Below are positions 63,683 to 64,000 of a DNA stretch of 64,000 bases, piece by piece. The number at the start of each line of letters is the position of its first letter. Position 1 is the stretch's first letter. The position numbers and the translations under genes are program-made. The DNA lies in the NCBI GenBank assembly GCA_965203315.1, contig OZ241857.1, positions 1,088,001 to 1,152,000 of the forward strand, given 5' to 3'. The notes under the pieces were generated by a model. That model did no database searches, was not told the origin of the DNA, and saw only the letters and a list, made by a program, of their open reading frames with translations. This stretch comes from Nitrosopumilus sp. (GTDB taxonomy: Archaea > Thermoproteota > Nitrososphaeria > Nitrososphaerales > Nitrosopumilaceae).

Positions 63683-64000
63683 CTAACCAGATGTGCATCC
63701 ACTGTGTCCGCATTCTAGACACATACTACATCCTTCAACAAAGACTAGATTATTTTTACATGTAGGACATAGACGATCTTCAGATATCTCTTGGATTATG
63801 GGATCAGTGACGATCTCTTCATCATGAAACTTTATTGCAAGAGATGTATTAACTTGAGACTTTATGTACGGGTTTGTGATATGATTCTTTACAAAGCTTG
63901 TGACATACTCACTCGGTAATACATCGAATGTCTTTTGTGCGTTATCACTAGTCATATGCAAGACCTGTTTGTGTCTAGAACCATCTCGATATACGGTTAT
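63683..64000 (-). CDS. nrdJ: Class II (B12-dependent) ribonucleotide reductase, C-terminal end
   Basis: ITVYRDGSR..QVL and C-terminal CP.C......EGC..C..CG.S.C Zn motif. Confidence 0.88.
   Translation of the reverse strand: MTVYRDGSRHKQVLHMTSDNAQKTFDVLPSEYVTSFVKNHITNPYIKSQVNTSLAIKFHDEEIVTDPIIQEISEDRLCPTCKNNLVFVEGCSMCLECGHSGCTSG

Overview
64 kb of an archaeal chromosome, almost certainly an ammonia-oxidising thaumarchaeon (Nitrosopumilaceae-like). Evidence: TFE, aTrm56, NAC, thermosome, L44e/S27e, Rpp21, Nep1, riboflavin/cobalamin/folate/purine genes, tRNA-Gly(UCC) and a partial class II ribonucleotide reductase. Several features resemble host-associated (e.g. sponge-symbiont) lineages, which is an inference: a heavy IS load (two IS630, two decayed IS481), at least four MITE families, expanded TPR genes, a giant secreted S8 protease and a toxin-antitoxin-like pair. 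The best candidates for undescribed biology are: (1) an IS630 element carrying a second, convergent gene for a stand-alone copy of the transposase DNA-binding domain, inserted into an aldehyde dehydrogenase gene; (2) a divergent pair of large secreted proteins, one an intact subtilase and one with the same prodomain but no catalytic domain, sharing a tandem 4-Cys C-terminal module; (3) an unannotated ~225-nt structured RNA candidate divergent from the thermosome gene; (4) TA-targeting MITEs/IS that stack into each other's terminal TA; (5) a pair of paralogous amphipathic, phasin-like repeat proteins; (6) apparent CTAG enrichment in native genes. All calls were made by eye, without database searches.
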